Shown piece by piece: positions 13,530 through 26,701 of a stretch of 64,000 nt of DNA. The translations under genes and the position numbers were made by a program. The stretch comes from Ramazzottius varieornatus (taxonomy: Eukaryota; Animalia; Tardigrada), in NCBI GenBank assembly GCA_001949185.1, contig BDGG01000024.1, positions 62,001-126,000 of the forward strand, given 5' to 3'. Below the pieces are notes generated by a model. That model saw only the letters and a program-made list of their open reading frames with translations, was not told the origin of the DNA and made no database searches. Every line of letters begins with the position of its first letter. Within the stretch, counting starts at the first letter, position 1.

Positions 13530-15116
13530 AATCATCTGTAGGATGACCTGGCCCTGTCGTTAGACTTGACTTCTCATTGCACAAGAAAACGTGATTTGAT
13601 GCTCCGCTATTCTGCCAGCGCATCCAGGGTCACGAATTTCTTCCTTATGGTGCTTAAGTGCCAGACACAATCTCTTGCTGTCTTCTTCATGCTATAATTT
13701 TGTAATAACAAAAGCGGATCCGCCGTTTTCATAGGCAGGATTCCAGTGCATGCCAATAAACCATCGCATGCGCTAGAAGGACCACATCAGGCTCGAGTAG
13801 TTGGCTGGTACCGTTCCACGACTCCGCCCACGGTTGTTGATTAATTGATTCTCCACTTTACGACATCTCGTCGTCAGTCCTTAAAATAGCATGTTACGGC
13901 AGTAATCTCAGCACCGTGCGAAAGATGCTACCTCGGTCAACCGCGTTATCTCGTGTACACTATTCCTTACTGTCTCATGGTTTGTTATGCTACTTGTCTT
14001 TGAGAAAATTGAAGCCTGATTATACCCTGAGCCCGAAGGGATTCTTTCTAAAGGTCGACCAAAGCACGAACGCTGTTCGCTGAACATCGTTTACCGTCAT
14101 CGCTTTATGGTTTTATGCAGATCGAAATTACAGGGATTTGAATGAAAGGGAAGAAAACAAATGACATAAAAACGAAATAACATCTTCAACAGGCATAAGC
14201 CACACGGGAAACAAATCCTTCAATCGTATTCTGAAATGTGGGTGCACTGGAAAGGAAACTTGCACTATGATCCGTCACTTAGAACCACTTCCACTGTTGC
14301 GGATGGTGTTTTTGATTGTGGTCGGTAGCACCCGACCAGACGGCAAACGACGACTTTCGCTTCGTTCCCGTGGGCTAAAACCTTAGTAATCGGGATCTGA
14401 CTTCATGGTCCGTGACACGCAGTTACGGTGGCGGAACGGAAAAATGACTGATTTGCCCAGTTTGTACCCCTCTCGACTAGATTTTAGCTTTGAACCATGA
14501 TCAAAGTTTTTCACTCATGCTCGACATCAAATGATAGAGAAAAGAATTTACTGCATTTTAATACCAAGATAGTCGATATAAGAATTGTGGGGAGCCACCG
14601 ACAGGCATCTGAAGTCCATGACGATCATTTGCCCAAATACCGCCATGCGATGGGTTGACGGTAACGATACAGGCACTCTCCACCGATTTTCAATGACGCC
14701 GAGGAGCCACCGTCATCGTATCGTCACCGCCAAGGGCATCCGACCGTGAAATATGGCTTTTTGGCCAACCAAAACCCGAAGGATTGTTTCAGCCATGCGC
14801 AGCTTGATCACAGACAAACCTCTCAAATGGGTTTCGTCAAATAAGAAAAGTATTTCATGATTTCCAGACAGCTCGGGAGACTTCTTCGTTTTGTAAGCCT
14901 AACAAGGGATAACGCCAACCGTTCGATCCTGATACTGAACAGACTGAAAGACAGGAGAGTCTCCTTTACGGTCTGAGCTGCTAGGCTAAGGCACATAATA
15001 GTCCTGAAAGGTATGTTGGGATCCTGAAGTACTGTAACTGCTCCAGACCGCTCACTGACGTAAATATCTTTCATTGATACTTTATGTGCGTGGTGCGACA
15101 CGTCATGCCCAAACAC

Positions 15117-15371
15117 TGAGCCCCACAAGTATCTGTCCACCCTATATTTCGAATCACAATTCATAGCTTCCTTCACCCTCACGAAAACAAGGGTATTTTG
15201 AGGTTCTTAGGGTTGAGTACAGCCAATTGATTTGCTGATTTGGTCATAGGAAAGTCACGTTGTCGGGAAGATAAAGCTCTGGCCTTTACAGAGACGTTTC
15301 TATGATCGAAATCGCGAGAGGGTGAAGGAAGTTATAATTCTATAAAGGGTGGACAGATACTTATGGGCTCA
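15117..15371. mobile_element. Degenerate MITE-like inverted-repeat element
   Basis: TGAGCCCCACAAGTATCTGTCCACCCT...CTTCCTTCACCCTC mirrored by GAGGGTGAAGGAAG...AGGGTGGACAGATACTTATGGGCTCA; no clear TSD. Confidence 0.55.
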
Positions 15372-18300
15372 ACGTACGCAAGATTGAACTCCGGTCCAGA
15401 CTTAAATACTCCAGCGACCCCGCTAGGGTTCATCACCTGCAAAACTGCAACCGTCAGGAATGTATTTTTGTATCGTTCGTCATTATTATATTGAGGTGCC
15501 GCTGTTCGGCATATTTATATCCCCCGGCCGGCATCATCATACGGTATTCCCGTCCGGCACCGTTGTATGCATTTCCGGCATAGTTGTTGCTTTCAGTGAA
15601 CATTTTATCGCCTGGCCGTGCAAGCGTTCCAGAGACACCTCAAGGCGAGGTTATTCTTCAGAGAGGGTTCGACGACACCGAATTCAAAATCTTTAGTGAT
15701 ATAGTTCAATGTGTTCTCCACATGCTGGCCTGCGAAATTGACTTGACAACTTTCGTAGTTTTTCGAGATATAGAATTATGAAGTTGGTTAGGTCAACGCG
15801 GAAGCCGCCTCTCTGTCATCTTTCGGACAGGGTGACCGGGGAAGGAAGGAAAGCATGTGGGTGCTGACTTGTGAGTCGGCGCGCTCTCTCGCTCGACTCG
15901 ATACAGCCCAGTCTGGCCATACCAAAAAGAGATCTAGATGAGCCGACTTGTCGGCAAGAGAGGAACGAAGATCCCAATTACACGCCAACTCGTTAATTAC
16001 CTAATGATGCACTGCGAAACAGCAATGCAAAGTTCGCTTTGAGAACTGCTGGAAAGGGTGTATGAACAATATTGAAACAGGTAGATTGAAACGAGCACGA
16101 GAAAACATTTAAACTGCTTTAGTCGCGGCTGAGAACGGCTACAACGGCTTATTTTAGCCTCGCCGAGCCTACTATAGACGGCAAGGGCCAAAAAAGTCAA
16201 AATGAGAAACAAAAAAATAGCTTCCATGGAATTTCATTAAAATGCAGGTTGCGTTTGTGATGCCAAGAGAGCAGCTGACTGTTCAACGCAGGGAGCACGC
16301 TCAAAAGAAAGGCGACCCAGGTGTTCAGATGGAGCAGTCGAGACTGACCCAATGACCAGGGCTGAACCGATACAGCGTAAAGATCTCCCGCAGGCACAGG
16401 GCGGAAGTTAACCCGTCAAGCCTCTCTGTCCGTCTTGTGAAGAAAACAAATCTTGAAGCGTCACGGTGAACATTCGACCCGACTACAGTCGAAATTTGGT
16501 TGGAAATAGTAAAATGAAGAAAATTCATCTGAAATTCATTTCCGAATCAAACCAGTTGTGTTCACAAAGTGTCAGTTTTGGAAACCGAGACTGACTACGG
16601 TATCGGAAAGTATCCTTCCAAAGTCATTTTGTCCTGTCATTTCTAAAAGTGCTCGATCTATGTTGCAGGTCGCCACTTGGAAAAACTATTACTTCTAGGG
16701 GAAGGTTGTTATCTATAACTTTTGTGCTGGGTGGCTCCTGCCTAAACGCAAGAGTCGAGATAGAGCAACGAAAAACCAAAATCGTATTCGTGGGTCCACA
16801 GCAGCGCAGTATGGCGTCTGCCTGCGCTAAGCGCAGCAGTACACGGCAGTGTTTCCATTACTTCATCATATGGAGTACGGCTTCCACGGAAAACATTCCC
16901 TAGTCTCCCGTATCCAATTGTTTGGCGAGAGGGCCAGAATACACGATAACCTCCCTTTAAGCTTACTAACATTGGCCTTGTTCATTATTGAAACGGTGAA
17001 GGACGGTTTTACGTGTTCGTCTTTCCGAAAACTTCAAGAAAACCTCAGTTGATCGCCGTAGTAGAACATGGTGGACACAGCTAGGTGGATACAATCTCCG
17101 TATCATATCAGGAATACAGGTTCTGTGGTGTACAACTTAATTTTGGAAGATACCAGTAACACCTTTACAAGTTAGATCTTTCAAAGAATCGACTGGCATT
17201 CTACAGCCGTAGATAACCTCGTCTTGAATGGCGAGACATTTGTTTTGTTGCAGCGACGGTCCTTGTCGTGACCTTCGAGAACGGCTTCAACTGGAAAACT
17301 TCCAGTGTCGACATCAGATGGTTTCTCAGCCTGCGAAAACCCAAAAAAGCAGATAGCAAAGACGTGCATTATGCAAACAAGCTCATAGATTTTTCTGGTC
17401 ATTGCTTGCTGAGTACCACACAGGCAACATTAAAAATTTCGTTGCCAAACCAGCGGGTCGCAGACACTAGCACCGACCGATGCGAGGCAGGAAGGGATGT
17501 GGGTATTGGTGGACCCATTCCCATACGAACTGTTTTGTTTCCAGTTGACACTTTTCTGACTTGAAGTTAGACATGGTCGGTATATCCCATTTTTCGGGTG
17601 ATTCGGTTGACTTTGCCAGCACGGTCGAGCGCACACACCACGGCGATCACAGGGCAGATCTGTTCACGAACCTGAAACTTTCGCAAAATGCAAAAATGTT
17701 TGGTCCCAAGCCACAATTTTTTTTGGAGACTCTGAATCAACCGACAGCCTTACTGGAAAAACAATTGGCTGGCTACGACGAAATTTCATCGAAAACGGAA
17801 AAAAATCCAGAAAGTTTTGTATAGCTACTGACCAGTGGCCGTTATTTGCAGTTTCAAGAGAAGTTGATTCTTGAGGCAAGCGGGAAAAACCGAGCAGCAA
17901 AAGTTTAACTGGAACCTCGCTACATACAAATTAAAGTGCGCCAGGAAAGTGAGTTTCCCGCCCACTGCTCAAGGTGTTAGCTGGTACAAAGGTCTCCAAA
18001 CAGAAAAGGTGGAATACGCGAAATGAGATGGAGAGAAATAAATGACGGTGATGAAATACGCTGCTCTGCGATTGTGGAACGTCGTCTTCGTTTTTCTGTA
18101 GGAATTTGCAGTTTGCAGCGTCTTCTGCCCTTACGCTGCCCTGCTTGCAGGTCGTGGCCGTGTGTCGTCTCGTCGTCTAACTTCTGCGCCGAAAACCTTT
18201 TTGATCGCGGTTTTCGGCGTAGGACGAGGAGATGATGTGATGCACACCAGCCTTTAATGCAGGCTTGCAAACCTGCAACGTTGTACCTCGACTTTGACGA

Positions 18301-20133
18301 GTCGGTTCCGTCGGTAATGTCCAACTCGACGGTGAGCGGTGCAGAGATAAAGCATCTCGCGCCACTGACCAGATGCGGTACCGTCACGGACCCGTAGCAC
18401 TCAATCAAAATAGAGTCGGAGCTTCGGTTAGTTATCCGAAATCACAGTGGTACGCGGAGCAAGAGGTTGTGTCGCGAAAGCTGACACGAAGAGCACCTTG
18501 GCAATGCGACAGTTTTGAAATGTTTGTATGCGAAGTATTTCGATAGTGCGGCTAGCATGCGGAGCCATCACCAAACAATATTTCCCGATTCGCAAGGCTT
18601 GATTTGTGGGTCAAAGTTCTACCAAGTTTTAGGTGCGTCTTGCGTAATTCTGGAAAATGAATTGAAGGGCTCGTTTGTCCGATTTCCCGGTAAGAATCGC
18701 ATGTGCTCCGCCATTTATCAGAGGAACTGGTACACATAAAGATTGGAATACCTGAATGCCCTCTGATGAAACAATATTGACGGATATACAGTACCTCTAG
18801 TTTACAGGTGAGATGAGCACCGGATGTCACTCGCTGTTGGGGTTTCTGTTGAATTAATTTACTGTAAGTAGTGTGCAGGGACGAGTACCTCGTCCAGCCC
18901 TCACTCATCGTGCTCTGAGTCTGGTCCATTTATCCATTTTAGTTTTGCTTTGAACTTTAGTACGACCCTTGTTCTTGACAGACAGTCGAATTTCTTGAAG
19001 AGAAGAATCGAGGAAAGGTTGACAGTTTTGCACTCCATGGCAGTACTGATGGAATTCTGCGGTACGAATTTTTCAGTCCTCATTCTAATAAAGTTTTGAA
19101 CTTGTGACGCTATAGCTCGCTGCTTGCAACAGCTTTTTGAAACGCTAAATTTGTTTACTGATAGTCGGCAAACAGCCGCAAAATATGGCAATTTGGCTTC
19201 CTTTGGGCTTAATGCGGTCTCAGGCATAATGGCTGTTTCATTCACCGTCCTCTTTACGATGCATCCTTCTCCCCTTTGCTTTGTGTAAGGAATCGCCTTT
19301 CAGCAATTGTGAGTGATCATCGCAGCAATGTTAGCTTCACACTGTGATACTCTGTTGCTGTTCTTCGTGGGCATTAGCCAAAGAACAAAGCCGGGCTGAT
19401 ATCGTGGGGAGTTCTGGAAGCCAATGTGCTGCTTTACGGGTTAGATAATCCTCTGAGTTAAAAACAGCGCATTTCGCTGAACAAATCCCTGGAACTTTCA
19501 GCTTCACCCGGTGAAAATGAGACAAATCTCACGAAAGAAGGATGAGAAGCTTATGTAGGGCGTCGTACTCACTGATACTACGGCTTTCAGACATCTTGCC
19601 TTGTTCACGGTCAAGGCTGAATCCGCAGCCGAAGCTTCTAAAAACGATGAATTACGAAGTATTCAGACATTGGAAACCAGCTCAGAGTCTGCGCTATTAC
19701 CTAGTTCTTCCGCGACGAAGCAGCTCTAGTTGTTGATAGAGGGACTCAAAAACCTAAGAGAGAGTCTACAAATTTCCGATCCATGCAAAAACATATGAGA
19801 AAAAGTTAGACAGAACAGATGAGTATAACCTGTTCTGTCGTTCAACCCACGTTAGGAAACGTTTTCGGTTTCGGTTTAGGGCCTGCTAGACATTCGCCAA
19901 ACAGCATGCTGAGCTAAAGGTGAAAATCACACCAGATACATTTTACCGTGCTTTGACTGGGGTAATCAAGTGAACAAATGGGTTTCGGCGGCCCATTTTT
20001 GGTCACAACTTTTTTAGCTCCGAACCACCCTTTTTAGACATGAAATTGTAAGTGGTATCAAGGGGCATTGAGTGCTAGCTGCGCCACGCTTCGCCACGGA
20101 TAGAAGTGTCACATAACTGTTCGCCCTTTTGTA

Positions 20134-20639
20134 GGGTTGTTAAAACCCAATCCACCAACGGATGGATCCGGATCAATCCGGATAGAATTCGGATTGGATG
20201 GGCTTCCCACCCATCCAGCCGCAAACCGGATAGGGATACCAACCAACCGGACTGGATCCGGATGGACCTTCGATCCATCCAGCTTTCTATCCGGATGGAA
20301 CGACAGCTTGGGCAGGATACTTCCAGCCCATGTCGCAACTCAAAACCAGTTAAAGTCAGAACCAGCACATGCCCCGTTGGCTCGTTTCGGCTGAAACCTC
20401 GAGATTCGATTCAATCTGAGCGGGCTTTTCGGGCCCTTAGTAACCAATTGTCCTTTTTGGCGAAACTTTTTGTCATCATTCAGGCAAACTCCTGATCCGG
20501 ATACATTCTGGATGATCCGGATAGGTTGTCCATCCATCCAAGCATCTATCCGGATGGAAGCCTGATCCAACCGGCTTCGATCCGGATAGGAACCCCATCC
20601 ATCCGCTGATCCATCCGTTTAACCATCCGTTAACAACCC
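20134..20639. mobile_element. MITE with TA TSD, rich in ATCCGGAT palindromic subrepeats
   Basis: TIR GGGTTGTTAA / TTAACAACCC flanked by TA; many (ATC)CGGAT motifs in both arms. Confidence 0.75.
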
Positions 20640-21135
20640 TACCCTTTTGAGAGGATTTCTCTGGAAATTCCAGGGGCATTTGCTTCCGATTTCGCCCGGT
20701 TGGGTGTGTTGTGGTTGTCTGGACGTACATGTAAAGCGAAAAATTCTGGTTCGGACTGTGATAATGGGGACGTCACAGCTGTCGAACTGAATTTTTGCCA
20801 GGGTTTCTAAAAAAAGGTGCATTATTTTTAGAACCGTTTTAAGAGTGTGGTAAGATGAATTACGGTTGTGGTCCGATGAACAAAGAAAATAATACGAAAG
20901 TAAGTTGCTCATCGCGGCTAAAGGATTAGCTCCTGCCACTGTGACAGACGTTGGACCATTCGCCAAGTCGGTCTTCGGGGTCTGTGTCACAATCACATTT
21001 TTCTACGTTTTTGTCATGCTCTTTCTCACGTTATCTTTGCTCGAGAACACAGTGACTAGATTTCGCGCAGCACGGGCAATCTTATTTAGCATTTTGATTT
21101 CTAGATCTTCCGGCAGTACTACGTGGACAAACACA

Positions 21136-21451
21136 TGGCCGATGACCAGCTGGCAGAGCGCTTCATCGACCTTACCATGCAGCTCTACGATAACATGATG
21201 GAAAAGTGCAAGAAGAACATGGATCCTCTGCAAGACAATATCGAGCTTCTCGAGGGGAAATCAGGACATTGCATACCATTGTCTACGAGATGGTGGTGGG
21301 CTTCGTCATAGCTTTCGCTGTCTTTCTTACTGTTGTAGTTAGTCTGTGTAAGAAAGCTGATCGTGAGAAACACCTGCGAGCACAGTTCGCGGCTCTCGCT
21401 GAAATGCCAAGAAAGCCCAAAAAGCCAAAGTTCGACGATGAACAGGTGTGA
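21136..21451 (+). pseudogene. Small coiled-coil plus single-TM protein, frameshifted near 21255 (cargo of the TIR element)
   Basis: MADDQLAERF...DNIELLEG continues after a 1-nt shift in a GGGGAAA run into EIRTLHTIVYEMVVGFVIAFAVFLTVVVSLCKK...; AATAAA at ~21556. Confidence 0.4.
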
Positions 21452-21579
21452 TCTTTTTGGCAAAAAATTTTCTTCCGTCTATAGTGTGATTTCTGCCTTC
21501 TGTTTACGTTATTCCACTTCTCAAGTGAGGGCGGAATATTTACTCGCGAACGGTCAATAAAATTTAGCCTGACAAGGTA

Positions 21580-23630
21580 CTGTAACCCTTCTAACATCTT
21601 TAGTACGTCACTGGTCTTTTGCTTAAGAGAAGCATTACGAAGGCAACCGCTTGGTCAGATTACAGTTACGTCAGAGCAACCTCAGCAACAGATAAAAAAC
21701 GTTGGAAACATGGAAGTATAAGCCGAGTAGAGAGAAATGACGGGAAGTAAAAAAGTGTTCAGCTTACATCATCGTCGAAGCCAACCACATTTTCTGCAAA
21801 TTGAGAAATCTGTATCAGCTCAGTTTCCGACGGTTCTTCAACTGGCACATCCATCCACAGCTCATCTACAATCTTGCACTTATGAAAGCAGTTAACAATA
21901 GTCGACGGCTTCACGAGTTTCCACGCTTCTACCAGCCAATCCACTGCATCGAAAATCGTCAGGCCTTTCACAAAACTTTCAACGTTGCTTACATGCTGCA
22001 TATTTGTGAACACTCGTTTATAAAGAAACTTTTTGTACTCGTCTTTCAGACATTTTATAATGCCCGCATCGCATGGCTGCGCTATTGCGGTACAGTTAGG
22101 CGGCAAAAACCGTAGCTCTATGTTGGGACGAGAAGCGACGTTGTGTCCAGAAAAATTGTCCACTAGGAGCAGAATGTGACGTTCTTCCTTGACCATTAAA
22201 GCGTTAAGCCAGTCCAAGTATTCTTCAAAGATGACCGTAGTCATCCAGGCAGTCTTGTTGTACGAATAGTTGAAACCGTAGTCGTCGGAGTTGATGTTGA
22301 ATACTGCATTCCGTTCGAAAGATCGAGGCTGAGCAGATGTATCTATAACCGACAAGAATTTGAATTTGTCTTCTGCTCTTTGTAATTTCAAACCTCAAAT
22401 TTTTCTAGTTCCAAACTTACTGATGATCCATAGAGGAAGCTTGCGCCCTCCGCCGGAAACAGATATATGAACCGTAATTCGATCCTTCGCTATCTTGATT
22501 CCTTTGTCCTGTTTATTGCCAAAAACAAGAGACTTGGTCCCGGCATTCCTCCACCATATTCCGGTCTCATCGCAGTTCCAAATATTCTCCGGATGGATAA
22601 GTTCCAAAAGGGCTGGCAAGTCAACGGTAAGCCACTGCTCTAAGGCTATCAAATCTGTACTAGATTCCTCTCCTGTGAAAATCAAAGTGTTCCTCGGTTA
22701 TTCCCCAGCCTTCGCACAGTTCTCTCACATGAAATATAACTAGAGTAAGTTAAAAGTTACCATGAAGCTGTTTGAGNNNNNNNNNNNNNNNNNNNNNNNN
22801 NNNNNNNNNNNNNNNNNNNNNNNNNNAGTTACCATGAAGCTGTTTGAGGTTCACGTTGTGGCGACCACAGAACTTATCGTACCATCCCCAGCTGCATCGA
22901 AAGTCGGCAATTGCTAAAGTCGACGCAACAAACGTAGCGACGTTCATGAGGAAAACTGGGCGAACTGGGATTCGTTTCTCGCGAGCCATTTTTAAGAATT
23001 TCAGACACTGTTCGTCAATCTGCGGAAACTGCAAGTTGACTTTTGTCGTTTTCCGGTTCGGGTTTGCGCCATTCGCCAGCGCGAATCTGATCTCTTCTTT
23101 CTTCTGACAAATCCCTATCACACCGTATACCGATAGACCACACTCGTCAGCAATCTGCTGGAACGATGCCTAAAAACCAGCAAGAACCACTCAATTCGGG
23201 AACAGTATCCAGTGCGTAGGATACGGCATAATTTCATGTACTGTACAAAAATTACCTGTTGCACTTCTCTCTTGAAGATAATCAAGGCCTTCTGACCTAA
23301 CGTCGGTTTCTCCTGCACAATCCTCTTTCTCTTCCTAATCTCGATATATGACGTCTTTCGCACCTTCCCCATCATGGATACTGTAGAAGCACTGTTGGTC
23401 GACACTGAAGTGTTGGAATGAGGAAACAAGGATCAGTGGTGAACCGGGATTCTCAAAACGCATTCGGAATTTGGAAACTGGAAATTAGCTTATTTCAGCA
23501 GTCTATTGTCAGATCTGACGTAACTGTGAGATCACTGTGGTAGGCGTGCTTGAAGCACTGCAAACTCTCTTTTTTCGCGACATGTAGATTTAACTTGAGT
23601 GACGTACTAAAGATGTTAGAAGGGTTACAG
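21580..23630 (-). mobile_element. pogo/Tigger-family DNA transposon
   Basis: Perfect 33-bp TIR CTGTAACCCTTCTAACATCTTTAGTACGTCACT (21580-21612 / 23598-23630), TA TSD, transposase inside. Confidence 0.93.
21759..23375 (-). pseudogene. pogo-type transposase (CENP-B HTH + DDE_1, DD29D), interrupted by introns, a frameshift and an assembly gap
   Basis: HTH 'FRCSWGWYDKFCGRHNV..LHG'; catalytic 'WNCDETG', 'LLVDNFSGH', 'FLPPNCTAIAQPCDAGII'. Confidence 0.9.
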
Positions 23631-24463
23631 TAGTTCAATCTCGATTAAACATCATCTGTTTCATCATGATGACAATTCCTGATTACCCTTGACTAAACTT
23701 GGTGATTCTCTCTGACTAGTGATCAGATGACCGTTTGGAGTTCAGTATCGTGTTCCTCGATGTCCGTTACACTAGACTGCTTCAGCAGTTCGACTTTACC
23801 CTTGGGGTCCCGAAACTTTAAAGTCGATTCTTCAACAATTTGGTCGGCGCTCGTTGTGACCAAAAATGGGCCGCCGAAACCCAAATTTCACGTTTCTGTC
23901 TGTGGGGCATGGTGAACAGTGTTGCTAACTTTGGACTGCAGAAGGTGAAATTCCTCGAAGTTCGGGTCTCAAAATAAAGTCATTTGTCGACGCCCGTGCT
24001 TCAAAAAATCTCCACAATACTGCAAACACAGCCTTCAGCCAACTAGTATGAGATGCCCCGATACGAGTCTTGGGGAAAATTTTGTTGCAGAAATAGCCAG
24101 GTGGGAAAGAAGATCAGACCCTTAGAAGGAAAACGAAGGCCGTTCAAATACTTAGACTCCCCGATCCAGACTTGGCTTCAACCGTGAATAGTTCCTAGTA
24201 TGAGCTGTCTGCAGCCACTTATGCTGACGCCCGGCCGGCTTTCGCCCAACCTACCCCTCTAGGGGTGCATTACCTGCACTTGTAAGTACAGCGCGAATAT
24301 CACCAGGCGGTACGGCACGCTACGTTTCACAAAGTCTATACTGTATATGTGACGTGAGGATTGATGCAGATCATTTCAACAAGGTAACTGAGCGTTTTAC
24401 GTTCTTCTCTCTTGATGCGTTCTTCGGTTTTGTAACGTCCAGTGAGAGATCTGTCCCATAGAG

Positions 24464-24919
24464 ATGCTGCTCGCTGGGTGTTTCGCGTCAGCTTCTGTCA
24501 TTATTCTGGCAAGGGCCGTGTTAGTAGATGGATTTGCAACAGTTTTATCGTTCGGAAAGTACGGACCCGACAACGCAGTGGGTTCTCGAACTCTCACACA
24601 CCGTAATCCACCCAGCGGTCTGGGTCGCAATGCTTCCTCCGTGGACCCAAACTTGTATCGCCGCAAAGCTGCAGGGCTGATTGAGAAACTGTCAAAGATA
24701 CTGGAGAAGATTCGACCACGGGAAGCAACAGCGTTGCCGAAATTGATCGACGTCCGCCAAATGTATCCTGTTCCTACACTGAACACTGTTGCTCACAACA
24801 AGGTCGCTAGCGGCTACGGTGGGGAGAATACGAAAAGTGGAGGTGTTTCCGCTCTGAAAAGCAAGCTTCTTGCCAAGCTTACTGTGTTTGCTCCTCTTTC
24901 ACGGCCTCGTGTTGGTTAG
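24464..24919 (+). CDS. Putative secreted 151-aa orphan protein, copy 2
   Basis: Colinear paralog of 13074-13529; conserved 5'-UTR intron 24384-24442; same stop position. Confidence 0.6.
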   Translation: MLLAGCFASASVIILARAVLVDGFATVLSFGKYGPDNAVGSRTLTHRNPPSGLGRNASSVDPNLYRRKAAGLIEKLSKILEKIRPREATALPKLIDVRQMYPVPTLNTVAHNKVASGYGGENTKSGGVSALKSKLLAKLTVFAPLSRPRVG

Positions 24920-26701
24920 AACAGTCAAGACGATGACTTAGCACTATCGTTAGACTTCACTTCTTGTTGCACGAAAAAAAACGTGATTCGTCGCACAGAC
25001 AGTCTGCTATCATATCCGGATTACGGACTTTTTCCTTACGGTGCTTTCTCACCAGACACATAGTATTGCTTGTTTTTTGATGCTTTCTTCTTTAATAACA
25101 GAAGCGGCTCCGCCGGGTTTGAAAGCAGGGTTCCTATACGTCTGCCAATAATATACCGCTACGCTAGAGCACCCACACAAAGCTTGGGCAGTTCCGGCCT
25201 AAGCATATGTTTCGTACTCCGATCTTCCAACGGAGTTCCGAATCTGTCCTTAAGCTGGAAGCATTTTACGGCGTTATGCCGAGCACCGTGTGAGAGATGC
25301 CCTGTCGGTGCTCGGCCTTGCCGCCTTGTCGGTCGCACTGCCTCGCACTGTTCCTTACTGTCTTGTGGCTTGTTGTACAACATTACAACTCGTCCTTGAG
25401 AAAATCCAAGCGTGACCATGTCCTGAACCCGAAGGGGTTGTTTCTAAAGGTCGACCGAAGCACGAACACTGTTCACGAGATACTGCTTACCATCATCTCT
25501 GTTTTGTTCCATGGAGGTCGAATCCCAGACAGATTTGAGTAAAAGAGAAAAACAAATATTCTCTATAAAAGGTCAGAAGCTAACACGGGAAACAAAGTCT
25601 TCAACGTTGCTCAGAAATCCGGGTGCAATGCAGACGGGAACTTTCACCATCATACATCACTCAGAATCATTTCCACTGGTCTGGATGGTGTCATATGCTT
25701 ATTGGTCGACCAAAACGCAGACAAGTGCGTCGGCCAGGCGCAGCTTGACCACAGACAAGCCTATCTTTTATTGTACTGTTCGTCTCTGAGATGCAAAGGA
25801 GTGTCAGAATATACTATCCTGCAAACTCTGCTTCTGGAGCGACCAGAAAACACAACGGAAATCAAATAAGTATACTTGCAGAACGGACAAGCTTACTACC
25901 GGCGATACACGCAACCGTAAACACACACGGAGGGTACGTTTGGAACAGTAAAAACTTTCAAGCAGACGGAAAAGACGGCAAACTCAGAATGCAACCGTAG
26001 AAATCTGCCAGAAAAAAATGCTTTCGTCATGAATCGAACATGTACGAAAGTCCTACCGTTCCGCTGTTTTGGCATTGCTCGATCCCTACTTTTACTGCTC
26101 CAAACTTTCCTTTCTTGTGTGTACTGATCGAACTGGTTCTGCTGGCATTCCTTGAACCACTTCTTACACCAAGCTTTATGCCAAGAGCGCTACAACCTGA
26201 TGGAAGGATCAGGTTGTTCGCGTCAAAATAAATCGTCCATAGCGCGGTTTAACGTTTCCTCCACGTTGCAGTAACGATAATCCGTAAGCAAAGGTCCTTA
26301 CTACTTTGTGCGGGTGGCACGCACTATTTTAGTCGACCAAACACTCTTGATTGCCATCACCTTGAACCTTGAAGTATCTCGTACGCTGAGCTCACTTATA
26401 GTACACTTGTGAATTCCAGCTGTCTTCGATTTCTAGATTAACACCGACTGTACCCATATCTGACTGACCGACGTTGCTCAAGTTCCTGATGATAAATTTA
26501 CTTTTGGCCATTAGAATTATCTAGACAGGCTGCATGCAGGAAGGAGCTAGCGTACTGGAATGGTAAGTAAAGTAGAAACCGATTGCTGAATCGTAAGCAA
26601 CGGCGCGCAAGGTGACTCACTGTCTCGAACCACCTTTTCTTGATTTCGAAATCAAGTCATGGATGCATCATCAATAACGTAAACGAAAGCAAAACTCTGG
26701 T

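Larger units (their letters stand above)
19980..23882. mobile_element. Non-autonomous TIR DNA transposon (Sola-like by TSD) with nested insertions
   Basis: Perfect 30-bp TIR GGGTTTCGGCGGCCCATTTTTGGTCACAAC (19980-20009 / 23853-23882); 4-bp TSD AAAT on both sides. Confidence 0.8.

Noticed and set aside
15700-17410. Hydrophobic and signal-peptide-like fragments as a receptor pseudogene
   Set aside because: Many stops and frameshifts and no diagnostic motif.
22754-22848. Duplicated AGTTACCATGAAGCTGTTTGAG on both sides of the N-run
   Set aside because: Typical unmerged contig overlap across a scaffold gap, not a biological repeat.
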